Assembly (NCBI GenBank): GCA_964016885.1
Contig: OZ024740.1
Span: forward strand, 143,654,001 to 143,718,000
Origin: Eledone cirrhosa
Lineage: Eukaryota
Reading direction: 5' to 3'
Length of the DNA stretch: 64,000 bases
The translations under genes were made by a program, and so were the position numbers. Position 1 is the first letter of the stretch; each line of letters opens with the position of its first letter. The notes under the pieces are model-generated. The model saw only the letters and a list, made by a program, of their open reading frames with translations, was not told the DNA's origin and searched no databases. Shown piece after piece: positions 50,600-64,000 of the stretch.

Positions 50600-53475
50600 C
50601 TTTGACAATGTCAAAGATAAAGATAAATTCACCTCCTGTTGTCGGGCGAGAATGCAAGAACTCCTCTTTATTTCAGGCACGGATGGCCAAAATAATCCCA
50701 TCTCCCACACCCCTTCCTGTGCCTCCAACCTATCCCTTCCACCCACCCTACGAAATCCAAAACTTCAGAGTTGGTACCATGAATGTAGACACTTTGAAAG
50801 TTTGCTCTAACGAGGTTGTAGAGATGCTTGAACGTAAGGAAGTTGATGTTTGTTGTGTTCAAGGACTAGATTCATTGTGGGTAAAAAACGATGCTATAAA
50901 CTTTTCTGGGTGGGGTGGGGTGGTGTAGGAATTATGTTAGCAGAAAAATGGGTAGATAAGGTAATTGCCGTAAATAGAGTGAACGACAGAATAATTAAAA
51001 TAAGACTAGTTCTAAATAGAAGTACTGTGACAATAATATCCGCTTATGCATCCCAATCTGGCCTACCTGACGTTATAAAAGACAGATTCTATGAGTCGCT
51101 AATGCTCACTACCTCCCAAATAACCGACAGTGACTACTTAATTATTGGTGGTGACCTAAATGGTCATGTTGGACAACATTGTGACGGTTATGACGGGATC
51201 CATGGAGGCTATGGGTTTGGTACTAGAAATGAGGACGGCTTCAGAATCCTGGAATTCTGTGACGCTAATAACCTAACTATCTGTAACACAAACTTCAAAA
51301 AATGAGACAATCACTTGATCACTTATAGATCAGGGGAACACACCAGTCAGATAGATTATATCCTTACTAGAAGACGTGACAGAGTGTCTGTTGTAAATAC
51401 TAAATCCCTCCCCCGTGAAGAATGCACCTCCCAAGTGCACCGCCTCATAGTTAGCAACCTCATACCCAAGACTAGACATACTCGACAACAGAGGAGAAGA
51501 ATATGGAAGTTGAAGGACCCCACAGCCTGTAACAAATTTAAAAGTATATTACTTGATGCTTTTGACAGTAAGAAAGAGCAATTAGAGACGTACAGCATCT
51601 GGAATGGTGGGACACACTATGGTCACCTGGATAGTAAACCAAGTAATACAGAATGGAATCATACCAAATGACTGGCGTAGCAGCATCATCATTAACTGCT
51701 ACAAGGGTAAAGGAGATGCTCTAGATAGGGGAAATTATAGAGGCATTAAGTTAGTTGACCAGGTCATGAAGGTCACAGAAAGAGTTATAGTGCAACTAAT
51801 CAGAGAGCGAATTGATCTAGATGAAATGCAGTTTTTTGGGTTTGTGTCAGGTAAAAGTACCACACACTCTTTTCATTGTACGACAACTACAGGAGAAGTA
51901 CCTAGATAAAAGTAAACCCCTCTACTTAGCTTTTATTGACTTGGAGAAAGCCTTTGACAGAGTCTCCCCACCCCCCTTCATTATCTGGTGGACTCTTAGA
52001 AAACTTGGTGTTGATGAATGGCTTGTGATAGCTATACAAGCCATGTATAGAGGAACAGTCAGCAAGGTTAGAATTAACAATAAATATAGTGAAGAATTTA
52101 GCATCAAAGTTGGTGTTCATCAAGGCTCTGTCCTTAGCCCCCTCTTATTTATTATTGCCCTTCAAGCTATAACAGAGGAGTTCAAGACCGGCTGCCCATG
52201 GGAACTTCTATATGCAGATGATCTAACTCTCATAGCTGAATCGATGGCTGAACTAGAGAAGAAATTCCAAACATGAAAGCATGGCCTAGAATCAAAAGGC
52301 CTTAAAGTTAACTTGTCTAAGACTAAAGTTCTAGTATGTAGAAAGGAAAATAGGGCACAGGTGCCCTCTGGGAAATGACCATGCTCAGTGTGTAGGAAAG
52401 GAGAAGGCAGAAATTCCATTTTATGTCCCAAATGCAAACTATGGGTACATAAAAGATGTAGTGGGATCACAGGTAAATTATCTAAGAACGTAGATTTTAT
52501 ATGTGGTCGATGCTCAGGTTCAATAAGTAGCAAGTGCCCACAGGATACTAGCTCCTTCTATTGCCCAGATGGTTCTATAGAAATAGTGGACACTTTCCGT
52601 TGCCTGGGTGACAAAATCAGCAGTGGTGGAGGGTGCTCTGAAAGTACAGTAGCCAGAGTCAGAACGGGATGGAAAAAGTTCAGAGAGCTTATACCATTAT
52701 TGGCCACTAAAGGTTTCTCTCTAAACATGAAAGGTAGATTGTAAGATGCCTGTATACAAACAGCAATGTCTAATAGTAATATACGCGAATGGCAAAAGAT
52801 AAATGAACTAAGTGAGAAATTAGGAATAAGAGGGATCAGATGCTGTTTACTTCAGAGAAGACTATGTTGGTATGGTCACGTGATGCACATGAAAGACGAC
52901 AGCTGTATAAAAAAGTGCAGGGCGATCAAAATTGATGGAAGTTACAGAGTAGGTAGACCCAGAAAAACCTGGGATGATTTGATAAATTCCGACCTTACAC
53001 ACTTACACCTCTCTAAGACAATGTTACTGGACCGAGATCTTTGTGCATAGTGAAACCTTCAGTCAGTAGGCACCGCTTAACCAACGCCTTGCCTATGTGC
53101 ATAGTGAAACCTACAGTCAGTAGGCACCGCTTAACCAAATATACACCCCATCCTACTACCCCCGACTCCACCCTCCCACTCCCGCCAACACCACCCTTTC
53201 CCTGTAAAGTTATGTTGGTACCACAACATCCACTCCAAAATAAATGAGGTTGTGTAGGTCTCATGATAAAAAAACACAGTCCACGCTGTAAGGTGGCCGT
53301 GTAGGTAACACAGTAAAAAGCTCCCAGTCCACACTGTAAATGTGGTTGGTGTTAGGAAGGGCATCCAGCCGTAGCAAACCTGCCAGCCAGTCCTATACGA
53401 GCAAGACACGGTCACCCGACCGTCTAAACCCATGCTAGCGTGGAAGATAGACATTAAACAATGATGATGATGACA
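50600..53475 (+). mobile_element. RTE LINE, nearly full span with an internal deletion and stops
   Basis: GVGIML, ISAYA, GGDLNGHVG, NYRGIKL, IDLEKAFDRV, GVHQGSVLSP, YADD, PHD-like finger, 3' UTR and (GAT)n tail. Confidence 0.94.
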
Positions 53476-53869
53476 TTTCTTGTATTCAAAGACAAACAGA
53501 AGAGTAAAGACTTCTGGTTATGAATATCAGAAAGAGTAAAGAACTTAGAGAAATTAATGGATGTTCATTGATTTCATCTGTCCAGTAAAATCGGCTGCAA
53601 TAATATACAAACGGTGTAAAATATAAACTTCAGGTATCAACATTTACATATGACTCATTTTTATTTGAGTATTGACAATAAATCATCATCATCATTTAAT
53701 GTCTATTTTCCATGCTAACATGGGTTAGACGAGTTGTCCCATTTGAAGCAAGTCAGGTAAGATGTTACAGTGTTTCTCTCATTGATAATTCGACAATCAC
53801 AAAAATAATGTTTAAAAAAAAATCTTGTATTTTGAACTAAAATATTTTGCTTTTTCATTTTTTCAGATA

Positions 53870-53909
53870 ATGAAGATTCTACCACTACTCTATTTGCTGG
53901 CAATGACTT
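53870..53909 (+). CDS. Ig-like surface protein gene, first coding exon (signal peptide start MKILPLLYLLAMT)
   Basis: Acceptor tttttcattttttcag before 53867, ATG at 53870, donor T|gtaagt at 53910. Phase-1 end. Basic residue followed by a hydrophobic stretch. Confidence 0.85.
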
Positions 53910-54102
53910 GTAAGTGATTTATCACCATCACCATCAACATCATCATCACCGTTTTACATCTGCTTTTCTATGCTTGCATGGGTTGGAAGTGTCTTTTCTA
54001 GCACAACCTCCTTCTACTCATTGTGGTACTTCGTCATCTCTGGTACCTTCAGCAATTTCAGATGAGCACTCAAAACCTCTGCCCTGATCTGCCTTGGACG
54101 CT

Positions 54103-55260
54103 TAATGCAGCTTTCTTCCACTGGCATTTGTGCATCCAAACGGAAGACGGGTAAATTCGTATATTCGGCCACAGGCTTCGAATGCAGTCAACTTAAAGTC
54201 GGAAGATTTGATGGGTATTTGGTGATAAGCTGCCTTTAGATCTATTTTCGAGAAATACGTGTGTTTTGAAATTTTGTTGAGTAGGTCTTCGATTATGGCA
54301 TTAGTGGTGTGTAACGATTTATAGTGCCTGAGTAGTCTATGACAAGCCTTTTTTTGTTTTCTTGATCTATTACGAAACACTGCGCTCTCCATGGGCTTCT
54401 GCTCTGTTGAATTATTCCAGCTTTAAGCATTCTGTCGATTTCCGTTTTAATGAATTGCTGATCTTTATTGTATTTTCGAGGAGGTATAGATAATGGTTTT
54501 AATTTTGTAGTATCGATTCCAGGCATTAAATCATATTCTTCACAATTCAGAGTTTGCATTGACATACATGTCGTGACTGCTCTCATGTCCCCTGCATATT
54601 TTATTGTTAAAGACTTATGCCTTTTAAGTATATCAAGAGCCATAACTACTGGAGCAAAGAGTTTGTCAACCACCATTAGATCGATGTGGTATTCTCGGCC
54701 CTCCCATTCTAATGTTGTTTCAAATGTACCTCGTATTATGAGTTTACTGTTGTCGGCTAAAATTACACTCTTATTCTTAGTTTTCTTGAATTTACTTTGC
54801 CATTTCGACAAGTGGTTCATGTCAATGAAAGACTTGTCTGAGCCTGTGTCAAGTAAACCTTCTGTTTTATGTGAATTGACATAAATTGTTAAAAAGTTTG
54901 TATTATGATTCACGGAAGCAAGTTTATAGCAGGCAGCAAGATTACTGCCATCATTGGAGCCCTCGTTATTATTCAAGACTGCTGCGTGTTTTATCTTCTT
55001 TACTACCTTCTTATTTTTAACAAAACATACTGTTGCCCAGTGGCCTTTCTTGTGGCAGAAATTGCAAGTTGAATTTTTTGCAGGGCACTCTGATTTTTGG
55101 TGATATGTACCACCACACCAGAAACATTTTAATGAAGAAGCAGCGAATACGGGTTGTGACGGCGGTTGTATTGTTGTTGTTGACAGATTTTGTGCGTCTT
55201 CTATTGCCAGTTCTAATGTGAGAGCAGTTTGGAATGTTTTATCTAGATTTTTGAAACTCT
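54103..55260 (-). mobile_element. Gypsy/Ty3 LTR-retrotransposon internal fragment (gag zinc knuckles, protease, RT N-terminus) in intron 1 of the host gene
   Basis: CFWCGGTYHQKSEC and CNFCHKKGHWATVC, LLDTGSDKSFI, SRSPWRA, RLVIDY, KIDLKAAYHQI and RLPFGCTNA. Confidence 0.92.
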
Positions 55261-55654
55261 TACCTGTATCTTGAATACATCACTAAACTCATTACCTGCT
55301 CTCATTTTACTGACAGCACCTTTGTACATAGCTTGCATGGCTCTCATGACCCACTCATCTACACCCAGCTTCCTTAAGGACCACCAGATAACAGATCAAT
55401 GTATAATTCTCTCTACAAGTATTAAATGTGTTATTATTCTAACAAAAGTAGAAATCCAGTTTTTCTTATCTGTAATTCAGCAACAAGCCTTTTAAGACCA
55501 TTTTCCTTGCTATATTAAGGGTTATCCCTTCATGGCATCCTTTTTGAGGCAATATTTTACAGCCACATTCCCTTCCTGTTGAAACCTCTTTTAGTCACCT
55601 CTTACAACACACATGGTTATGTAAAATCTGAAAATATATTTTCATCTTTTATAG

Positions 55655-55696
55655 ATATATCAATGGTCAATGCAAAGCTTAACATTGAAGCAAATG
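55655..55696 (+). CDS. Ig-like surface protein gene, exon 2 ((Y)ISMVNAKLNIEAN(G))
   Basis: ttcatcttttatag acceptor and G|gtaatt donor. 42 nt, phase 1-1. Completes the signal peptide (VNA cleavage-like site) and joins in frame with both neighbouring exons. Confidence 0.8.
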
Positions 55697-57078
55697 GTAA
55701 TTGTATTATAAAAATCTTTGATTTTAAAACCAGATGCTATCTTTTCTACTCTGCTTTCTGCTTCTTTCTCATAGTTAATAATCTTTAGTCACTAAATATA
55801 TTTCCTCCTTTGAATGGGCAAAATTTCATCTTCAGAGCCCAAAAGACAATAATGATTATAAATATGATTGTGATTATAATATTGATTGTAGTAATACAAA
55901 CTGTTATCTTAAAATATCAATTTGACAAAACTGTAGAAAGTAACTAAAGACTATTTAGTAAAAACAAATGTATATATATATATATATCAGCAGCAGCAGC
56001 AGCACTTAACATCTATTTTCCCTACTTTTGAGGATTGAATAGGTCGTTATAGAATAAGTCAGTACTTAATTGAAGCCAATAGCCTCTCAACAAGTCAGGT
56101 ATCACATCTCACTTACATACATTCCTGAAATGTACATGTTGTAACAGATGCATTTTATCATGGCACCAGCTCTAGAGGGGTTTTTGTACCCTTGATAAAA
56201 CTGAAGAGGCTTCACAACTCTTTGTTGGCCCAGTTTTCTATGACTGAATACCCTTCCTATCACCAACCACCTTATAGAATGTACTGGCTGGTTTTCTCAT
56301 GTTGCCAACACTAGAGAGGTTATCATGCCCTTAACACAACTGAAGCGTCCTCTTGACCCTTTTTTGGTGTGGTTTTTCCAGCTGGACGCCTCTCCTATCA
56401 CTAACCACCTTACAAAGTGTACTGACTGCATCTTTTGTGGCACCAGCACTAGGGCAGTAGTCACGGTGTAGTCCTACAGATGGAAGCTCTTCCTAACACT
56501 AACCACTTTGATGGGGGAGGTAAGAAGGATGATGTATATATGTGCACACACATACATATTACATATATGAATACATGTTCAGAATTCTGTACATTTTTGG
56601 AGACACTTGTGATCTGTACATAAGTTGGTATAACATGTGAGTAATGTAGCATGTCATCAGGGTCATGGTCCTTGAAAGACTTTCAGTTGTCTCCAATGGT
56701 AACATGACGCAAGATGATTAAAACTTAAGGATCTTCTGCAATATCTTCCGTCTTCTTCGTCATTATGTGAGTTAATTTAACACCTGCTTTATCACTATTG
56801 AAGATTGAAGACAATGAAACGCATTTAGTCTGAATCCTCACCCTCAACTTTGCAATCTTTAAAGACCCTACTAGGAGGACAAACCTTCTGATGACATCAC
56901 TGTCAAGGTCTGATGAACATGCAAGCTTCTCCACCACATCATAGTAGATCTCTCATTCAATTTCTCATTAGTTCTGATAATCTTTATTATATATTTTTAC
57001 TTTTAATTTCCATTATAAATATATCAAAGCTGATAAAAACTTAAACTTAAATCAATAAATTTAATATATCTATTTCAG

Positions 57079-57327
57079 GAACAATTTGGTTAGGGGAAGA
57101 AATAACTCTTAAAACTCCAATCAGTGCTAATACTTCGGCTATTACATGGAAAAGTGAAGGAAAGAATATTGCATGTGACAAAAGTTGCGGTGGGAATGAA
57201 GACTACAAAATTACTAGGGGAAATGGTTCATCTACCCTTTGGATAAGAAATGTTTCTTGGCAATATCGTACATGGACAGTTATTGAAAATGATTTGGAAA
57301 CTGATGACTTCACTATGGATATAAATG
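57079..57327 (+). CDS. Ig-like surface protein gene, exon 3 (atypical Ig/V-set-like domain)
   Basis: tatttcag acceptor and G|gtaagg donor. 249 nt, phase 1-1, open frame: (G)TIWLGEEITLKTPISANTSAITWKSEGKNIACDKSCGGNEDYKITRGNGSSTLWIRNVSWQYRTWTVIENDLETDDFTMDIN. Ig-like GEEITL, ITW and STLWIRNV motifs. Confidence 0.85.
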
Positions 57328-58347
57328 GTAAGGAAATAATTTCTGATGATAATAATCATGGAGCAAGTATTTTATGGTGTTAAATCAAAGTCAAAATTTG
57401 TATTTTAATGATTTATTTTCTATCTTGAATTGTAATATTTCTGTAATATATAATAATGTGGGATAGTTAACTAAATGAACTGGTTAGATTAACCCCTATG
57501 TCCTTGTTCTAATATCTTGACCACATTTCCAATAATTAGGTGTCTATATTACCACTTAATTGTTATATGGTTGACAATCTTTCGGTATCTTCTAATATCT
57601 TAATCACATTCCCAGTGGTCACTTATCTAATGTTATATAACCCCTATAAAATAAGCTAATTTGTCAGACTGCCATATTTGTGTTAAAAATGTTTGTTTTT
57701 TGAAATTCAGATGTTATGTTGATTTTATTTTTTTATTTTTTTTATATAGAATTTTAAATAATAACATTCTTATTCCTTTTCTATCTCTAAGAATGATTCC
57801 ACATTCCTTAGTACAGATGTATTGGAAGGTTTTATCTCTGAATGGTTTAGAAATCATATAAACACAAATTTAGCAGTATGTCTTATTTTATATAGTTTTC
57901 ACAGAATTTTTAATCTCATAACTTGTTTGGTTTTAATATTGCAGTGAACTTTGTATATTTTCTGTTAGCCATGTGATGTTATAGACTATTTCCAACTCTC
58001 CTTATTTTCTGATAACTTTTTCTTGGAGTTGAAAACTGTGAAAACAACCACACATTAAGAAGACCCGCTTAACATTTGCAGAGATAGGAGAAATCAATCT
58101 AAATATACCTACAGACTAACAAAGAACAGTCTGTCTGAGGAACAATTTGTCCTCTATATATGATTATATACACTTACAGACTGATGAGGATTCTTTGTTA
58201 CTAAAATATACATAAAACAACTTTATACTGATATTATTCTTGTTTTTTTTCTTTCCTTTTTTCAATTCTTGAAATGACAAAGAAATTGGTCTTATTTTTC
58301 ATTGATCAGAACCTTTTTCCAAATTCTCACTGCAAACAAATCTATTG

Positions 58348-59521
58348 TAACCAAATCTTGACAATACAGTGTGGGAATAAAGAATCTGTAAATTAAAAAA
58401 ATAGCTTGTGGTAGCAATAATAATAAAGGCTTACCTTGCTTCCAGAATTCACTTAGAGGAATTTTTAATAGCAGCTCTTTCATGCTAAACAGCTTAAAAC
58501 ACCACACTTTTCTGTGAGTCTCACACTCACATACACACGCAACCATACTTTGAAAAAAATTCTATGTTGAAAGAGGATTGGAGTTCTGTTCCTTCACTAA
58601 CCTGGCACTATTTCCCTCTCATACTTCTGGCTCTTAACCCACAATACTACATACATTTTAAAAGACGGTATCATAGAAGCAACTAATTCATTATCGCTGG
58701 CAGGGCCTATGAGAGGGGGTCCAACTAGTACTTTGTTCCGGGGGCCCAAGACCTAAGAAGGCCCCACAGCAACCATGCAACATCCATTTTGAGAATTTGC
58801 CTGCTTCAGAGCAAAATTTCTCCTGGAAGCCCTGATCGCAGGCACAGTTTTTTCTTTGGCAATTTCAGTATTGAAAAGTCTTCTAGTAGATGTTTCTCAA
58901 ATGAGATGGAGGTGGGTGCAAATATTCTAAAATGCTGCTATTCGCACCAGAAATCAACATTCTCTGTTAACTGTTCTCTCTCATTTTCTGCATCATCATC
59001 ATTGAACAGCCATTCTCCCTGGTAGCAAGTGTTGGACAGGTTATTACAGAATGAGTCAGTGCTCAAGTAGAGCTACTGACCTCTCAGATGGGTCAGAGGC
59101 CCACATCGTGCTTACATATATTTCCATACTCTATAGAGTGCACTTTATTGTGGCGCCAACATTAGAAAGGTTGTCATGACTTTGACACTGCTGAAGAAGC
59201 CTCTCAACCCTTTACTTGACCAGTTTTCTATGACTGAATACCTTTCCTATCACCAACCACCTTTCAAAATGTACTGAGTTTGTTTAATTAAGTCACCAAC
59301 ACTAGAGAGGTTGTACCTTTGACGTAACGGAAGAATTCTTTTGACTCTTTTTAACACGGTTTCTATGACAGGATTCTCTTCCTATTGCCAACCAAGTCAC
59401 AGGTTGTACTGGGCGCATTTTTTGTAGCACCAACATTAAGGAGGTTATTGGTAATTGAGTTAACTGAAGATCCCTCTCTACTCTATGGGAGGGGATGTTA
59501 AAAAGGATGGTAAGTATAATG

Positions 59522-59566
<45 letters not shown>

Positions 59567-62500
59567 TTGTATGTATAATATGTACACATGATATATTTTG
59601 CAGTGAAGCCAACGATTCATTTTGAAATCAAACCAAATTGTGACTACAAAATAAAAACGACTTGTTCTAAACCCAAGACAAATATAACATGTCTCTACGA
59701 TGTAAGTAAATGGAATTGGGTTTTTACCTGTTTCTCTTCCTATCATTAACCTATTCAATTATGTGCTAGGGAGTGGATTGCTTAATTTTATTTAAGGTAA
59801 CTGGAGTGAGTAGGGTGTATCTTGCTTAGAGACACAACACAATTACTCTAGTACAGTATTTGTAATTCTAAGTCGGGACATATCAGTTCAAAATGAGATT
59901 AACAAAAAAAGATTTGACTATGGTATTTTAAGAAATGAACTGAGCATCAAATAACATTGTGACATTTACAATGTGGAACTTGCTTGATTAAAAGTTTTTT
60001 ATCAGTCCAGTAATGAAGCAAAAGAATCATCATCCATCATATGTAATATTTTCCAGTATTTTCATGTGTAAGTACAACAGTGGCACTGATCCATGATCAT
60101 AACAATCTATGAGCTGACTGAGAGCAATGTTAGACACTTTTGTCTATGTTGATCAATGTTCACTTGATGCCTAAAAAAACACATTTTTGAAGCTGTGCAC
60201 TCCATCAGATTTTAAAAATGGAATAATTCCATAGAAAATGAGATTTACAATTGTGATTCATAAAGAGCGGGTTTTCCATTTTGTTTACAATATCATATAA
60301 GACATGGGAGGACTTTCGGGTTAAGTTAGAACCTGACATTTGATCAGTAAATGAAATATTTTGGCAAACTATCTCCTGACTTCATTATAAGAAGTCCTCC
60401 TCTACACCTGCTTTCAAGAACTTGTCTGGGGTTCTTGTTTCTGAAGAGAGGTGCATCCTCATAAGCTAGAGAGAGTACTTTGCTGATCCTGGGTCACAAT
60501 AGTTAATGTACATGAGTAGTGTCTAACCTTGCGAAGGCTGTGTGGTCACCAGAGCAATTAAAGTGCTCAAATGTGGCAAGGCCTCTGAGGAAGATGAAAT
60601 TGGGCCTGAGGTTTAAAACCTTAAATAGAAAAGGTATGTTCTGGCTGACTCATGTGTTAGGTGGCCTGAATCTCTGTGAAGGCACCAAAGCACTAGCAGC
60701 AGGGAGTGATACAATTTTAGAAGAAGTGAGATTGCTCTAATTATTTGTTGTTAACACAATATAAACTATAATAAAGTAAGAAGCGTGGGATTGCTTAGTA
60801 AAATAAGTTGGTTTACTTTGAATAAATAATGAATGAATATTACATAATTTATCTACTAAATTTCGTGGCTGTTCATTAAATATATTTTATTATTTATTTA
60901 AAGATTCGCTTCTTTAAAATTTTCAAATGTAAACACTTCCGATCGCTTAAATAAATACTCATATATTTCCTTCACTAATTTTCTCCTAATGCAGTTTATA
61001 TATAGTATCGTCTTTTTTAATGTATCATGGATTACATTACTGATTAAATAAGACAGTGTAACACAGTCTTCGTTCAATTTCTGTGTATATTGTCAATTAC
61101 GATTTTATTTGATGTATCATATCTACATGCATATATACTTGCGTAAAATATCAATATACACACTAAACATACTAGCAGAAAACCACCCGAAGGGTGGTTT
61201 TTCTGCTAGTTTATTTAATGAATATGATTTACAGAATAAACAAATCAATAGAAATTAATTAGAGAAAGAAAAAACAAAAAAACAAGAGAAGATGGGTACA
61301 CTCAATTGCATGCTACAACAGGGAATGTTCGTATTTCCCTAAAACATTTTGAGGTAATCAAGACACTCATGACATTGCTGCTGGAATAGCCAAGCACTCT
61401 TATGAGCATCACCTGATACTTCAGTAAGATGAGCTGCCAACAATGACAAGAACCTTATTGTCAGCAACCCTGCTACCACCAAATATTTTGAATGCTTCAG
61501 GCTGAAACATGGATTACCAATAATTCACTGTATTTCAGAATTTTATTTCGTTTGGCTATGGTTGCAGTGACCCCCATTTTTTCTGCAGCATCTAATATAT
61601 GAGGAGCAAAAGCATCACTGACTGTGGTGCCCCATAAGATGCATCTACTTTTAGCCTGAGGGCAAAGAGTAAGACGAATGAGCCTCTTTCCATTAACCCT
61701 GGACAGTCCATTTCTAACAGAATTTGGAATTTCAAAATATTTTCCACTTACTATAGCTAATCTTCCAGCTCTAATCATATCATCTAGATAGAAAAATATA
61801 TTTACTATTATCGATGGGGGATGGGGCTGGAGTGTTGTAACACTTTTCTGCTTGTTCGAGTTTAGGGTGGGGGGAGGTAGTGGATTAGCTAACCTGCTTC
61901 TGCTGCATGCATTCCACTTGCATGAGAGGCGAGTTCTTCATATTACAGAATTTTTCTCAGTCCTGGATCATCTCCTTTATGGGATTTAACTGCATGAGGT
62001 CGGCCTTTATGACACCATCTCATCACAGAATTTCCTAGGTCTTCCTCTTCCAAGGGTTCCTTTGACTTCAGGAGCCCTACATTTCTTTATGCAGCTGTCA
62101 TCCTTCATACATATTACATGTTCATACTATCGCAATTTCTTCTCATGAACACTACACATGATGCCTCTTATGCCCAGCTTTACTCTTAGCTCATTGATAT
62201 TTCATCGCTCTTATATATTACTATTATACATTCATCGGAGCATGTTCATCTCATTTCTTTCCAATCTTTGTAAGTCCTCCATACACAAAGCCAAAGTCTA
62301 ACTACAATGTAGCATTGCTGTTCGTACACAAGCAGCATACAGTCTGCCATTCACTCTGAGGCAGAAACCTTTTGTAGCTAGCAGTGACAGTAGCTCCCTG
62401 ACTTAACTTTTTCCAACCAGTCCTTATTCTGGCTACTGTACTTTCAGAACACCCATTCCCACTACGAATTTGATCCTCTAGATAGCAGAAACTATTGACT

Positions 62501-64000
62501 ATTTCTAGGAAGCCCTCTGAACATTTAATAGGGCGTTTCATGTGTGCTCTTGTTACTTACTGCTTCTGTGCATTGGTTACATACAAAGCCTACATTTTTA
62601 ACCTGGTGTAAAACCAAACTGCATCTTGTCTATGTTAATTCTATCCTGAATTAGTTGTGCAATAACTATTTCAGTAACTTTCATGACTTGGTTCATCAAC
62701 TTGATGCCTCTTTAGTTTCCTCTGTCTAGTGTGTCTCCTTTGCCCTTGATGCTGCTATGCCAGTCATTAGGTATGACACCATCCTGTATTACTTGATTTA
62801 CTATGCACATAGTGTGTGCCCCACTCAACCAGATACTTTTGGCATCTGAGCTACTATCCCTGATGGCCCAGCTGCTTTACTTGTCTTCATATCCTTCATT
62901 GCCTTACTTACTACACAGTTGCTAACTTGGCTGACCAGACCCTCTGTTGAATCTGCTTGAGGCAGGCCTTCTTTCTTCTCAGCAACAATGAGGGCAAGTC
63001 AACCACTGTCATTTTGGACACAATTCTCCCCAACAACATCTTGATTTTTCCCTCACATCTTGCAATCCTGAACACCTCATGCCTATGGTCCCCACAGTGC
63101 AGAACATGCACACATTTCTTGTTTTCTGCTTTCCTCCTTCCTAAGTATACCTGTCACTTGGCTTCTCTTCTACCATCTTGATACTGTTCTCTGCTTCCCC
63201 CATTTTGCCAATCTTTCCATGTCTGTTTCTTAATTCTAACTGTCTCATCTACTCTTCTATTCCACCACCATGTCACTCTATGGCATCCAGGGGCCTTGTT
63301 TTGAAGTATATGGGGACAGGGAAGGTTCTGTGGTATGAGTTAATTGGATTTGGTGCCTGGGATGTAGTGAGTTTGCAGTCATATTTCTGAACATGGTGTG
63401 GTACTTCAGCCCCTTTTCTAAAATGATCTACCTCATTTATATCGCTTATCCAGATTGATCAGACAGAAAACTGTTGGTGGTGGAAAGGGGATGGAAGAGA
63501 GGTTTCTGATGAGGTTTAGGGAAGAGGAGGAGAATAGAATTTAGGAAAAGAAAGATGGCAAACATGGATAAAATAGAACAGGACAAGAGAGATCTGAAGA
63601 AGTAAATTTTAGGGAAGAAAGATGAGATAGATTGAAAACAGCAAGCAAAAATAAAATGAAATATTTATGAACAATACAAGAGAGAGAGTGAGAAATGAAT
63701 TGTAGGGAAGGAAGAAAAATGAGAAATATATAATGTATATGGCAGAATTTGCAGAAAAGAGGAGAATAGGATTTAGGAAAAGAGAGATAGCAAACATCAC
63801 TAAAAATAGAATATTCATAAGATATAAGCTTTAAGGAAGAAAGATGAGATAAGAAGAAAATATATACTGTATATACTCAAATATAAGCCACCACCACCCC
63901 TATTTTATGTCTGAGAAATGAGCAAAAATCCAACTGATCAACACATTATGTTTAGATAGAATGGTTTTGAAATTCTCGTGATTATAAAATATAGTTACAA
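58348..64000 (+). repeat. Copy B of large near-identical direct duplication
   Basis: Matches 1-5651, including the same CRE and RTE remnants, the palindrome (61171-61210) and the start of the pogo-type MITE (63867). Confidence 0.97.

Noticed and set aside
53581-53640. 5' UTR exon ending CAG|gtatca, and a promoter for the Ig-like gene
   Set aside because: Plausible, but it cannot be supported without transcript data.
55734-55778. MLSFLLCFLLLSHS* as a signal-peptide exon
   Set aside because: Weak donor (gttaat) and an immediate stop. The 53870 and 55655 exons give a better-supported complete signal peptide.
58292-58546. Minus-strand ORF as a host gene
   Set aside because: PLSEFW..IPTLYC resembles a decayed hAT dimerisation domain, and there is no splice support.

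Overview
AT-rich eukaryotic genomic DNA. The RTE/SINE/microsatellite landscape suggests a coleoid cephalopod such as Octopus (inference). Most of the window is nested, decayed mobile elements: RTE, CRE-like and CR1-like LINEs, Penelope-like elements (PLEs), a Gypsy fragment, mariner, pogo, hAT, Helitrons and tRNA-derived SINEs. Positions 1-5651 recur almost identically at 58348-64000, so the window spans one ~58.35-kb tandem unit, or an uncollapsed haplotype. Each unit appears to carry one multi-exon + strand host gene that the ORF track misses. Its 5' exons (53870-53909, 55655-55696, 57079-57327) splice to a signal peptide plus an atypical Ig-like domain. The 3' exons of the preceding copy (~6.5 kb, 7053-7218, 7673-7842) give a second Cys-containing domain, a Ser/Thr stalk and a GPI-signal-like hydrophobic tail. 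Other notable items: minimal hammerhead ribozyme motifs, including one in a 328-bp retrozyme-like repeat; a 50-bp hairpin satellite with higher-order periodicity fused to a Penelope ribozyme end; PHD fingers in two retroelement families; several long foldbacks. Mobile-element boundaries are approximate and were read by eye.
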